NCBI GenBank assembly: GCA_050251055.1
Contig: JBFWNL010000015.1
Location: forward strand, 1-51,252
From: Bacteriovoracia bacterium
GTDB taxonomy: Bacteria; Bdellovibrionota; UBA1018; JBFWNL01
Direction of reading: 5' to 3'
Length of the DNA stretch: 51,252 bases
The position numbers and the translations under genes are program-made. Positions 1 through 9,257 of the stretch are shown piece by piece (the stretch's first letter is position 1; every line of letters starts with the position of its first letter). Under the pieces are notes generated by a model that had not been told where the DNA came from, searched no databases, and saw only the letters and a list, made by a program, of their open reading frames with translations.

Positions 1-783
1 TTCCAGGCCTTCGGCCTTGATCATGTTCAGGCTGGTTTGCAAACCTTGGATGAGCGAAATGGCCGGCGTCCAGGCGGTTTGTTTCTTCGCGAGCGCCTGG
101 CGCTCTTTCGCCAGGTTGAAATAGAAGCGTGGGAGGTCGGAGGTCTCCGACATCTTCCAGGCGGCATCCGAGAGCGCGATGAACGCGAGGCCCGGCGGGA
201 TCATCATCGCCTTTTGGGCGCCGGTAATCAGTACGTCGATTCCCCACTCGTCCATGGGCAAGTGGAACACGCCGCAAGCCGTGATGGCGTCGCACACCGA
301 GAGCATGTTTGCCTTCTTCGCGATCTGGCAAATTTCTTGCGTCGGCATCTGGGCGCCGGTCGAGGTTTCCGAAGCCTGAAACAAGATTGCTTTCGCGTCT
401 TTGTTCTCATCCACGACTTTTTGCAGCTGCGCGGGTTCGACCGAGTCGCCGCGATCGAGCAGGATTTCGATCGGCTTCAAGCCGTAGACCTTGGCGATCT
501 TCGTCCAGCGGTCGCCGAACTTACCGCCGTTGACGGTGATCACCTTATCGCCTTTTTTAAACAGGTTGCAGACCGCGGCGTCCATCGCGCCGGTGCCGGT
601 GGCGGCGAGCATCAACACGTCTTGTTTCGTTTGGAAAACGTATTTGAGGTTGGTCTTCACGTCTTCGAAGAGGGCCTCGAACGCCGGCGTGCGATGGTGC
701 ATGATCGGCTGGGCGAACGTCGAAACCACCTGTTCTGGAATCGCGGTGGGGCCTGGCGTCAAAAGATAGGTCTTCTTCATCAT
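1..783 (-). CDS. Class V PLP-dependent aminotransferase (alanine-glyoxylate/serine-pyruvate family), 3'-truncated by window edge
   Basis: Not in the ORF track; translated by hand from ATG 783 (RBS GAGGAG upstream): MMKKTYLLTPGPTAIPE...HHRTPAF...ATGTGAMDAA...SETSTG...DAITA...TGAQKAMMIPPGL. This contains the class V PGP start motif and the PLP-lysine motif. The + strand 37..1038 ORF is its antisense shadow. Confidence 0.93.
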   Translation of the reverse strand, partial: MMKKTYLLTPGPTAIPEQVVSTFAQPIMHHRTPAFEALFEDVKTNLKYVFQTKQDVLMLAATGTGAMDAAVCNLFKKGDKVITVNGGKFGDRWTKIAKVYGLKPIEILLDRGDSVEPAQLQKVVDENKDAKAILFQASETSTGAQMPTQEICQIAKKANMLSVCDAITACGVFHLPMDEWGIDVLITGAQKAMMIPPGLAFIALSDAAWKMSETSDLPRFYFNLAKERQALAKKQTAWTPAISLIQGLQTSLNMIKAEGLE

Positions 784-889
784 GATTTACGCATCTCCTC
801 GGGTAGACGACGGTTTTTAGAAGATGCCAAATTACTTGGGATATTGGGCTCCGGCAAGGGAAATGGCCGGTCGAATAGGACTATAAAAA

Positions 890-1777
890 TCAGGGTTTTC
901 TTATCCGACCAAACGTGTCTTCCACGAGTTCCACAATACAGCCGAGGCGCCGTCTTTGGCGGAGCTGGTGGTCTTGGATCGCGCGAAGTCGTTCTAAAAT
1001 CCTGGTTTTGCGAGAGGCGTCCGAGGGAGGAGAGGTAAAAATCCCGAAGTACTTGTCAAATAAGTGGAGGTCGTAGCGGGTGACGTACCATTTCGCTCTC
1101 TGGTGATCCTTTGTCCAGTCCAGCAGATACCACTGCTTCCGTTCGATGCTATAGGTCAGCTGGCCCGCGCTAAAGTCGCCGATGGTATGGAATTTCGCCG
1201 CTTGTTTTCCGAATTTATAGAGCGCCGCTTCCGCTTCTTCCAATATCTCCAACGACCTATACTTTTCGAGGATCTCCTCGGGTCTGGCTAAGAGATCGTC
1301 CAAGTCAAAGTCGGCCGCCACCTTTTCCAGGGCGATGTATTGGCCGGCCTGTTGCCGGTAGAGCTTGGGAATCGGCAGTCCTTCTTCCTCGAGTGCCGGG
1401 CGGCCTTGGATGGTCGAGTCGATGAAGGAGGTGAAGGGTGCTTTTCTTCCGGAAACGGATTGAAAGTCTCCGGACTTGAGCGGGATCCGCAGTGCCATTG
1501 GGGTTCGAAACGGTGGCGTATCCTTGGAGACTACTTCCAGGATCAGGGTGGTGTTCCCGTGGTTCATGATCGATTGAAATTCGAAGCGTGCGCCGTCCGA
1601 AAAAACCAGTACGTCGCCGTAATGTAGGTTCTTTGGATCGATTAGCTCGTCATAGTTCGCCACTTGCTTGCCGTCGGCGTCGAATAGCCGGACTTCCTGG
1701 GCATGCAGCCAGGCGGGGGACAGTGCGATGGCCATCGCTCCGATGGCGAAAACATTTAGAAAGCGGCGTAAAAGCAC
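890..1777 (-). CDS. Secreted hypothetical protein with atypical protein-kinase-like fold
   Basis: Signal peptide (...ALSPAWLHA|QE). Ordered kinase-like motifs: IMNHGNTTLILEV, PMALRIP, LEEEGLPIPKLY, YIALEKV, FHTIGDFSAGQL, WYLLDW. Confidence 0.6.
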   Translation of the reverse strand: MLLRRFLNVFAIGAMAIALSPAWLHAQEVRLFDADGKQVANYDELIDPKNLHYGDVLVFSDGARFEFQSIMNHGNTTLILEVVSKDTPPFRTPMALRIPLKSGDFQSVSGRKAPFTSFIDSTIQGRPALEEEGLPIPKLYRQQAGQYIALEKVAADFDLDDLLARPEEILEKYRSLEILEEAEAALYKFGKQAAKFHTIGDFSAGQLTYSIERKQWYLLDWTKDHQRAKWYVTRYDLHLFDKYFGIFTSPPSDASRKTRILERLRAIQDHQLRQRRRLGCIVELVEDTFGRIRKP

Positions 1778-1783
1778 TATCGC

Positions 1784-1811
1784 TTATCGGCGAAATCTCG
1801 TTGAGCAATGA
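1784..1811 (-). promoter_or_regulatory. Putative sigma28/FliA promoter for the 890..1777 gene
   Basis: Perfect sigma28 -10 box GCCGATAA (1791-1784, minus strand) 6 nt before the GTG start, with no SD. The -35 region (TCATTG) matches only weakly. Confidence 0.5.
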
Positions 1812-1874
1812 CGAACGGGTATCTGAAATCGCCCTAGGGGCAACCGTCAGAAAAATATCGGCGCGGTCCGAAGT

Positions 1875-2300
1875 TTAGTGCGACTTGGACTTCGCGGCCT
1901 TGATCGCCTTCAGATTGCGCTTCTGGGTGAGGATCGTGTCGATGATGCCCAGGGCTTCGAAACGGAGTTCGTTTTCGTAAATGAAGCGGTAGAAATTTTC
2001 CATGTCCGGAAGGTGCCGGAAGTTCTTGAAGGAGGCTGACGACTCCGCCTTGGCGGCTTCGGTCGCGGCATCGGCTTCGAACGAGCCGCCGCCGCCGGAA
2101 GCCTTCGCTTCCATCGCTTCCATTTCCTCTTCGTCGATTTCTTTCTGTTCCGGCGTTACTTCCGCCTGCGCGGCCGCCTTGGCTGAGAGCTTACCCGGCT
2201 TTTCGGCTTTGCCGCCGCCCTTGGCCGCCTTGGCCGTCTTCGCGGGGGAGCTCTTCGCGGCTGATTTCTTCGCACTGGATTTCTTGCTGGATTTAGTCAT
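1875..2300 (-). CDS. Hypothetical protein: Lys/Ala-rich (histone H1-like) N-terminus, acidic linker, small globular C-terminal domain
   Basis: RBS AAGGAG and host-like codon usage. KKSSAKKSAAKSSPAKTAKAAK, then EIDEEEMEAME, then FKNFRHLPDMENFYRFIYENELRFEAL. Confidence 0.75.
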   Translation of the reverse strand: MTKSSKKSSAKKSAAKSSPAKTAKAAKGGGKAEKPGKLSAKAAAQAEVTPEQKEIDEEEMEAMEAKASGGGGSFEADAATEAAKAESSASFKNFRHLPDMENFYRFIYENELRFEALGIIDTILTQKRNLKAIKAAKSKSH

Positions 2301-2318
2301 TTCGATACTCCTTATAAA

Positions 2319-4061
2319 TCAGGTTTCCGCCGGAAGTCCATCAATCCCTGGGGCATTCCCCTGTCCGGGGGCCTTGATGGCGCCGTAGCGATAGAGCTTG
2401 TTGTACAAAGTTTTAATCGTGATCCCGAGGCTTTGCGCCGTCTTTGTCTTATTGCCGTGATTAAAGTCCAAAGCCTTTAAGATATGGCTCTTTTCGAGTT
2501 CTTCTAGCGGCATTGACGCGTTGTATTCAGCGCCCCCATCCTTGGTCGAGCCCGCGCGCGGGGAGCGGATGCCAAACGGGATGTCGTCCAGGCGGATTTC
2601 GTGGTTCTCGGACAGGATCTTCATCCGCTCGATCGTGTTTTGCAGCTCGCGGATGTTGCCCGGCCAGTCGTAGTTTTTAAGTACGTCCATCACGCGCGGG
2701 TCCACGCGTTTGATCTGCGTGGAGCTGCCGAAGCGCGAATTCTTCAGGAAGTACTCGACGAGCATCGGGATGTCTTCCTTGCGTTTGCGCAAGGGCGGCA
2801 TGCGAAGCGTGATGGTGTTCATGCGGTAGAAAAGATCTTCGCGGAATCGGTTCTCTTTTACTTCGAGTTCCAGGTCGCGGTTCGTGGCGCTGACCACGCG
2901 GACGTCGACCTTCATCGGTTTCTTGCCGCCGATGCGGTAGAACTCGCCATCTTGTAAGAAGCGCAGGAGCTTGGCTTGGATGCCCAAGGACATCTCGCCG
3001 ATCTCATCCAGGAAGAGCGTGCCCCCGTCGGCGGTTTCGACTAAGCCGATCTTCTGCCCGACCGCGCCCGTGAAGGCGCCCTTTTCGTGGCCGAAGAGCT
3101 CGCTTTCCAGAAGCGATTCCTGAAGGGCGCCGCAGTTCACGGTGACGTAAGCGTTGCCCGCGCGGTCGCTCTTGAAGTGCAGTCGGCGGGCGATGAGTTC
3201 CTTGCCGGTGCCGCTTTCGCCTTGGATCAATACGGTGGCCGTGGTGGGCGCGATCTTATCCACCATCGTGAGGGTGCTCAAAATGGCGGGAGATTGGCCT
3301 ATCGTATCGATATTCTGGTTTTCCTGGTTCACCATCGTCTTCAGCGCTTTGTTCTCGCGCTGCAAGAGCTTCTGCTGCTGTAGGATGCGCTCGTGCGCTT
3401 TGCGCAGCTCCACCGTCTTGTCGTCGACGGCCTTTTGGAGGCGCAGGCTGAAGTCGCGTGTCTCGGAAAAGAGTTTACGGTTGCTCACCGCCACGGCTAG
3501 CTGGGAGGCCACGGCTTCGAGCGTGATCACGTCGTTTTCGTCGAACGCGTTTTTCGAGTCGCTCTCGACGTTCAACGTGCCGAAGATCTGGTCGTCTTTG
3601 ACGAGCGGCACGCAGAGCTCGGACTGCGAGTTCACCGGGAACGAAAGGTTGGTGAAGTTCGAGTCGGTGCTTACGTCGTTGGTGAGGTAACTTTTTTTCG
3701 TGCGGATGACGTGGCCCGTGATGCCGGCCTGGCGTCCGCGGATGACGTGGCCCACACGGATGTGGTTGCCGTACGCGCCGAGCTGCGCTTCTAGCTGCGC
3801 GCCGTCTTCGCCGTGCGGGCTCCAGTATTGGAGCGAGTAATAGTTGAAGTAGTTGCGGATGATGCTCAGCACTTCCTGGTGGAAGTTGTCCGAACCCATG
3901 AGGCTCTGCAGCTTGGTGGAAATCTCGTTGAGGAGTTTCAACTGCGTCGAAGACTTTACTTGAGGGTTGAATTTTTCGGTTTGAACGTCCATCTCATTCA
4001 TCGGCGGTGCGGCTGCTTTCTCAGGCTGAAAATTTTTCAGGACCTTATCCTTTTGGCCCAT
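2319..4061 (-). CDS. GAF-domain sigma54-dependent transcriptional activator (GAF, coiled coil, AAA+, Fis HTH)
   Basis: GAF (SELCVPL...GTLNVES), Walker [15 protein letters not shown] loop, Walker [17 protein letters not shown] and a C-terminal HTH ([20 protein letters not shown]). Confidence 0.95.
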   Translation of the reverse strand: MGQKDKVLKNFQPEKAAAPPMNEMDVQTEKFNPQVKSSTQLKLLNEISTKLQSLMGSDNFHQEVLSIIRNYFNYYSLQYWSPHGEDGAQLEAQLGAYGNHIRVGHVIRGRQAGITGHVIRTKKSYLTNDVSTDSNFTNLSFPVNSQSELCVPLVKDDQIFGTLNVESDSKNAFDENDVITLEAVASQLAVAVSNRKLFSETRDFSLRLQKAVDDKTVELRKAHERILQQQKLLQRENKALKTMVNQENQNIDTIGQSPAILSTLTMVDKIAPTTATVLIQGESGTGKELIARRLHFKSDRAGNAYVTVNCGALQESLLESELFGHEKGAFTGAVGQKIGLVETADGGTLFLDEIGEMSLGIQAKLLRFLQDGEFYRIGGKKPMKVDVRVVSATNRDLELEVKENRFREDLFYRMNTITLRMPPLRKRKEDIPMLVEYFLKNSRFGSSTQIKRVDPRVMDVLKNYDWPGNIRELQNTIERMKILSENHEIRLDDIPFGIRSPRAGSTKDGGAEYNASMPLEELEKSHILKALDFNHGNKTKTAQSLGITIKTLYNKLYRYGAIKAPGQGNAPGIDGLPAET

Positions 4062-4111
4062 CAGACCGGTGCGATCCTATAGTTTTTACACGCCGCAGTC
4101 AACTCGAATTC

Positions 4112-4126
4112 TGATCAAAATAATCA
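4112..4126. promoter_or_regulatory. Palindromic TGAT-N7-ATCA site upstream of the sigma54 activator
   Basis: TGATCAAAATAATCA in an AT-rich intergenic region; related sites at 34616 and 50300. Confidence 0.4.
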
Positions 4127-4171
4127 GATATAAAAAACACAATAATTACTGAGTGATACGTTATTTTTGGC

Positions 4172-7100
4172 CTAAAAATCAGTCCCGGTGAACGAGAGAG
4201 TTCCGATGACTTCCCCGGTCCCGCCCAATGCACTGCGTAGGCCCATGTGATAGTCCACCCCAAAGGTAATGGGCAGGCGCACCAGGATGTCGCTCGAGAG
4301 CCGCAGACCGGTGCCAAAGGCGGGGATGAAGCGATCGCCCGGTTCACCGCCGGGAAAGAACGCGCTCTCAAAGAAAGATACGCCGTAGAAGTTTTTCAAG
4401 AAGGCCGGAATCGTGCCCTTGCCCCGGAAGATACGGGCGATGGGATAGCGCAGCTCGCCCGTGCCGACGGCAACCGCCCGGCCACGGAACGTTTGGCCGG
4501 GGTAACCGCGCAGCATGAGCTTGTCGAAGTGGTGGCGGCCGAAATCGCTGGGGCTACTGAAGACGGTCTTGTCCGGCGTGCCTGCGCCCGCGTTGGCGTC
4601 CGAGTAGCGATTGGATTTGGTGGTGACTTGTCCCGCCAGAATCGGCACGAACACGACGTGATGGAAAAGGCGGAAGTAGTTCACGGTTTGCGCGAACCCC
4701 TTGAGCGTGTTGCTCGACGTGGCGTTTTGGTAGTAACGCGCGCCCGCCTCCAGCAGGCGGCCCCGTTCCGACGAGATCGCCCAACGCGAGGATTGTGGGT
4801 CGTACCAGCTGAATAACCCGCTTACGTGCGGCACGTACTGGCCGTGGATCAACGGCGTCGGGTCGCCCGGGAAGTTCAGGTGATTGCGGCCGAAGCCGAA
4901 GTCGATGCTCACGTTCAGGCTTGAGCGCGTGAAACGGAACGGGTACGAAATCTCGAACTGCCCCGTCTGCTTTCGGTTATAGGCAGAAATTCCGGTGGCG
5001 GTGTAGACGGAGTCCTGGGTCAGCACGCCGTAGTAAAACGAAAGCGTCGGTCCGAGGGATCGGTTTTGGTAGTAAAACGAGTAATCGAATTCGCGCGTGC
5101 CGCGATCCCACCCTCCTAGTAATCCGTAGTAGTGCCGCTGGCTCGCATCGAAACCGGAAACCGAGAGCGACGTGTAGAGCGTATCGCCCGTGAGGTAAAG
5201 AAACGGCGCCCACTCTCGCGGCCAGATGCTGGGAAAGATCGAGTAGTCGTCTACCGCGTATCTCGACGTGCCGAGGGGCTCGTTGTCACCGGCTTCGGGG
5301 GGCGCGACCGGGCCGGGCGGTGGGGGCACCTTCGCGCCTTGGTTTTCGGCCACCGCGAGCTTCACCTTGGCCGCGTCCCAGCCCCGGAGCGAATACACGT
5401 TCGCGTAAACTTCCTCGGGGTTTTGGTGGCTGTTGAATGCCGGAAGCCATAAGCCCGTCGTGACGTTCGTCACGCGCAGCGGGGCTTTGCTTTTTTGGTA
5501 AAGATAAAGGTTGTCGACGCCGCTCGCGTTGGAAACGAAGAACATCTGCCCCAGCGAGTTAAAAACGGGCGCTCGGTTGAAGTGACCGTTCGCCAGCAGT
5601 ACCGATCGCTTTCCGGTGGAGACTTCCACCTGCATCAGGTCTTCCTGCCGTTTTCCGTTTTGGTGGTAAGAGTAAACCACGAAGTTGCCGTCGGGCGTGT
5701 AACGAGGATTGCCGCACTGATCGAAGGGCTCGGGCATGTAGAGCGGCTTCACGAGGCCAAGCTTAATTCCGTCCGTGTTCACCACGATCGGAGCGATGGC
5801 GATGCCGATGCGGGTGGGGGCCGCCACCGAAAAGGTCACCCACTGGCCGTTGAGGGAGACCGCGGGATCCTTCGCGCGCAGGCCGTGCGTGAGCTGGGTC
5901 ACTTGGTCGTTTTGCACGTCGTAGGCGAAGAGGTCATTGTACGTGTTGTACTGCGCGTGGGCGCGGACTTCGTTGAACAGCAGGTAGCGACCATCCGGCG
6001 TGAAGCTGAGGCCCGTTCCGGGATTGATTCGCGTGATCGCGCGTCGTTCTTTCGTCACCAAATTCAGCAGGAAGAGCCGGCGGACGTCGTGCATGGACTG
6101 GTAGGCGTAGGCGAGCCATTTACCGTCGGCGGAAACCGCGGTGCCCAGCGCTTCGTAGCCGTCACGCGTGTACCACTCGGGTTCGCTCACGGGTTCCTTG
6201 CGGATTTCCTCGAGCTGCTTCGTCATGCGCGCGTTGGTTTCGTCCACCCATTCTTTCCAATAGATGTCCCAAGTCTTCCCCGTGATGTTCTCGAGATTGC
6301 CGTTCAGCAGCCACGGAAAACGGCGGCCCGAGCGCAGCGACATTTCCCCCAGCGCTTCCGCACCCGTGGCCAGGGTGGATTCCCCGTCGGCCGTCTTGCC
6401 GGTTTTTCCGAGGGCGGGATCCTTCGCTACCTGGTTCATCAGCTGGTAGCCAAAAAGGTAGATGCCTTCGCCGCCGGGAGCGTACGGATTGTAGGACTGC
6501 AGTTTGTCGAGCGTGATGTAGCCCTTGTGGTTCAGGGCCTTGTGCTCCACCGCGGTACGCAGGATCATCTCGTAATACTGCGACCGGCCGCGGCCCGTGC
6601 GCGTGAAATGCGTTTCGACGTAGACGGCCAGGCCTTCGAGCATCCAGTCCGGCCAAATGGAGTTCGCGCGCAGGCTATCGCCGAAAACATACCGAAAGAG
6701 CGTCCAAAACCCTTCGCGCACGTCCATGTTCAATAAGTGGGTGTACTCGTGGAAGGTGAGGATCTTCAGCCAGTCGTCGTAAAAGCCGATCGAGCTCGTG
6801 TTGTCGGGCGGCGAGAGGTAGAGGGTGAGACCCAGCCGAAGGTTCGCGGTCGCGAATCCGTTGGCCAGATCCGAGTTGTCGAGCAGGATAACCTGCGTCC
6901 GCCAAGCCGGTTGCCACTTCAAAAAAGGCGCGAGCCGTTTATGGGCGAGCTCGAGATAGTTGGCCACCTTCTGCGCGGCGAGCTCGAGCTTGCCGTCGAA
7001 GCTGATGCGGAAGTTTTCGGTCTGAATCGTCTTCCAGTCCCAGAAAGGCGAAAAGCCCAAGCTGTCGCCCAAGGTCACCCCGGGCGCGCGGGTCGTGAGT

Positions 7101-7195
7101 AGCTGAGCATCGCTCTCGGTGGGGGCGGGGCCGGCGAGGGCGACGAAAGTTGGCGACAGTGACAACAGGAGGGAGACGAAAACTCGCTTATTCAT
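4172..7195 (-). CDS. Omp85/BamA-TamA-like outer membrane protein with N-terminal gluzincin metallopeptidase and TolB/PD40 beta-propeller
   Basis: Signal peptide; HEYTH followed by WMLEGLAVY (HExxH...E); PD40-like repeats (SADGKWLAY, FTPDGRYLLF, SLNGQWVTF, YTPDGNFVVY); Omp85 loop-6 motif LRGYPG; terminal Phe. Confidence 0.8.
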   Translation of the reverse strand: MNKRVFVSLLLSLSPTFVALAGPAPTESDAQLLTTRAPGVTLGDSLGFSPFWDWKTIQTENFRISFDGKLELAAQKVANYLELAHKRLAPFLKWQPAWRTQVILLDNSDLANGFATANLRLGLTLYLSPPDNTSSIGFYDDWLKILTFHEYTHLLNMDVREGFWTLFRYVFGDSLRANSIWPDWMLEGLAVYVETHFTRTGRGRSQYYEMILRTAVEHKALNHKGYITLDKLQSYNPYAPGGEGIYLFGYQLMNQVAKDPALGKTGKTADGESTLATGAEALGEMSLRSGRRFPWLLNGNLENITGKTWDIYWKEWVDETNARMTKQLEEIRKEPVSEPEWYTRDGYEALGTAVSADGKWLAYAYQSMHDVRRLFLLNLVTKERRAITRINPGTGLSFTPDGRYLLFNEVRAHAQYNTYNDLFAYDVQNDQVTQLTHGLRAKDPAVSLNGQWVTFSVAAPTRIGIAIAPIVVNTDGIKLGLVKPLYMPEPFDQCGNPRYTPDGNFVVYSYHQNGKRQEDLMQVEVSTGKRSVLLANGHFNRAPVFNSLGQMFFVSNASGVDNLYLYQKSKAPLRVTNVTTGLWLPAFNSHQNPEEVYANVYSLRGWDAAKVKLAVAENQGAKVPPPPGPVAPPEAGDNEPLGTSRYAVDDYSIFPSIWPREWAPFLYLTGDTLYTSLSVSGFDASQRHYYGLLGGWDRGTREFDYSFYYQNRSLGPTLSFYYGVLTQDSVYTATGISAYNRKQTGQFEISYPFRFTRSSLNVSIDFGFGRNHLNFPGDPTPLIHGQYVPHVSGLFSWYDPQSSRWAISSERGRLLEAGARYYQNATSSNTLKGFAQTVNYFRLFHHVVFVPILAGQVTTKSNRYSDANAGAGTPDKTVFSSPSDFGRHHFDKLMLRGYPGQTFRGRAVAVGTGELRYPIARIFRGKGTIPAFLKNFYGVSFFESAFFPGGEPGDRFIPAFGTGLRLSSDILVRLPITFGVDYHMGLRSALGGTGEVIGTLSFTGTDF

Positions 7196-8168
7196 AGGCG
7201 GCGACTCGTTTCACGCGTGCCTTCGCGCGCGCGGAGGTTTGCACTTCGAGATTGGGTTGGGCTTGAATTTTTCGCACGAGCGCGAGCGCCGTGAAGCCAC
7301 CCTCGGGGTTCGGCACTACGGTCGTGAACGTTCCCACTTCGGTCGGCAGATCCGCGACGTTGAGCACAGGGTCGCCCACCTGGGGCGCGGCGCCCTGGCT
7401 CGCTTCGAGCTGCACGAGTCGTCGCGCGGGCGATCCGATGGCGAGCGTGCGCTCGATCACTTCCTGGCCGGGATAGCAGCCCTTGGCTTGGGCAATCGCG
7501 TCCGAAGCGCCGGCTTCGAGCGGGTTCACTTCGGGCGAAAGCTCGTGGCTGGGCCAGGGGGCGAGGTTTTCCACGCGCATGCGGGTCAGTGCCGTGAAGT
7601 CGAGCTGGGCCGCGGATGCAAAGGCTTGGTCGAGCCACTGGCGCAAGCGTGCGGGACGTCCCCAGGCCGTGACCCAGTTCACGCCGAAGTCGCGCTTTCC
7701 GTGATGGCAGAGGCGAATTTCGTCGTTAGTCGCGAGCGTGCGCGAGGAGGCAAGGTCGGAAGGGAGACCCGCCGTGGCGGCGTCGCCTTCGTCAAACAGC
7801 AGCCAGGCGCAGGCGAGCGCGTTTTCCGAAGCCCCGGGCGCGGGAAACTTCGTGAGCTTCATGCGCTCGGCAAAAGTGTAGTGGTCGATGAACTTCAAAA
7901 GCCCGTCTTCCCACAGATGGCTTGGCCCCGCGCCTTCGGGGCCCGCGTCGAACTCGAACGCGAAGTCCTGCGGGCCGTACTTCCACAGGGTGTAGAAGGC
8001 CTGCATGCGGCCCTGGGCGTTGAGGAAGCAGCCACGCGCGCCTTGGCCTTCTTTCAGGAGCTTCAAGTTCACCGTGCTGAGGCGGTGGAGGAAGTCTTGG
8101 GCATCGGGGCCGTCGAGGGTGATCCAGCGCCAGGCGTGGGGTGGGGTGGGCTCGTAAATAGCGAACAT
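7188..8168 (-). CDS. ygfZ: Folate-binding YgfZ/GcvT family protein
   Basis: GPDAQDFLHRLSTVNL, FLNAQGRM and the signature KGCYPGQEVIER. Confidence 0.9.
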   Translation of the reverse strand: MFAIYEPTPPHAWRWITLDGPDAQDFLHRLSTVNLKLLKEGQGARGCFLNAQGRMQAFYTLWKYGPQDFAFEFDAGPEGAGPSHLWEDGLLKFIDHYTFAERMKLTKFPAPGASENALACAWLLFDEGDAATAGLPSDLASSRTLATNDEIRLCHHGKRDFGVNWVTAWGRPARLRQWLDQAFASAAQLDFTALTRMRVENLAPWPSHELSPEVNPLEAGASDAIAQAKGCYPGQEVIERTLAIGSPARRLVQLEASQGAAPQVGDPVLNVADLPTEVGTFTTVVPNPEGGFTALALVRKIQAQPNLEVQTSARAKARVKRVAAYE

Positions 8169-8249
8169 GCTTGGCAGATTAGCCGATGGCGCCCGGCATA
8201 ATCAAGGCTTGAATCCAGGGCGGAGAAGGGCTAGTGATCAGGAATCCTT

Positions 8250-9254
8250 ATGACCAAAACGCAGTTCGTCCGGAACCTCAAAGACAAAGAAACCGTTTCC
8301 TCGCCCTTTCTGGTGAAGTTCAGCGCGGTGGCCGTCGGCAAGACGGGCAAGCCGTACATGAACGTCGTGCTTTGCGACAAATCAGGCGAATGCGAGGCGC
8401 GGATTTGGGACGACGTGACCCATTACGCGGGCCAGGCCGTGAAAGATGCTTTTGTGTGGGTGGACGGCAACTGCCAGAACTACCAGGGCCGTAACCAAAT
8501 CGTAATTAAGAAGCTCCAGGTTCTGCGCGAAGACCAGGTCGACGTGAAGGACTACGTGGTGGAAAGCCCGCTCGATCCCGAGGTGCTTTACGCCAAGCTC
8601 TTGGGCTACGTGAATTCGATGCAGGACCCGTATTACAAGGCGCTTGCCGAGGCTATCCTGCGCGACGACGCCGACACGGTTTCGCGCTTTAAGCGCGCTC
8701 CGGCGGCGAAGAGCCTGCACCATGCCTACAAGACCGGCCTGCTCGAGCACGTCGTTTCGATCACCACGACGCTCGACTTCTTGGCCGCGCACTATCAGCC
8801 CTACGTCGATCGAGACCTGCTTTTCTTGGGCGGATTTTTCCACGACATCGGCAAGCTTTGGGAGCTGTCGTACGATCGCGTGACGGATTACACTACCGAA
8901 GGCCGTTTGATCGGCCACTTAGTGATGGGGGCGGAGCTTATGACCCGCAAGATCCGGGAACTCGAAGCGCAGCCTGGCCGTCTACCCGGCCCGTTTCCGG
9001 AAGAAAAGGCGCTGTTGGTGAAGCATGTGATTCTCGCCCACCACGGTGTGCTGGAATACGGTTCGCCAAAACGCCCGAAGTGCCTGGAAGCCCTGATCGT
9101 GCACGCGATCGACGACCTGGACTCGAAGGTGAACGCGATTCGCATGTTTACCGAACAAGACCAGAACCCTGGCCGCTGGACGGGCCTGAATCGCCAGTTC
9201 GAACGTTTTTTCTTCAAACCCGACTGGGCGCAAGAGAAGCCGGGGCAAGGCTGA
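8250..9254 (+). CDS. yhaM: 3'-5' exoribonuclease YhaM (OB fold + HD domain)
   Basis: KTGKPYMNVVLCDKSGECEARIWD (OB), PAAKSLHHAYKTGLLEH, FHDIGK, AHHGVLEYGSP, HAIDDLDSK. Confidence 0.92.
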   Translation: MTKTQFVRNLKDKETVSSPFLVKFSAVAVGKTGKPYMNVVLCDKSGECEARIWDDVTHYAGQAVKDAFVWVDGNCQNYQGRNQIVIKKLQVLREDQVDVKDYVVESPLDPEVLYAKLLGYVNSMQDPYYKALAEAILRDDADTVSRFKRAPAAKSLHHAYKTGLLEHVVSITTTLDFLAAHYQPYVDRDLLFLGGFFHDIGKLWELSYDRVTDYTTEGRLIGHLVMGAELMTRKIRELEAQPGRLPGPFPEEKALLVKHVILAHHGVLEYGSPKRPKCLEALIVHAIDDLDSKVNAIRMFTEQDQNPGRWTGLNRQFERFFFKPDWAQEKPGQG

Positions 9255-9257
9255 GCC

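Noticed and set aside
37-1038. 333-aa + strand ORF, and other long antisense ORFs such as 16765..19155, 21800..23056, 28435..29961, 30070..31446 and 5495..6736
   Set aside because: Shadow frames opposite clearly recognisable genes, as expected in high-GC DNA; no motifs.
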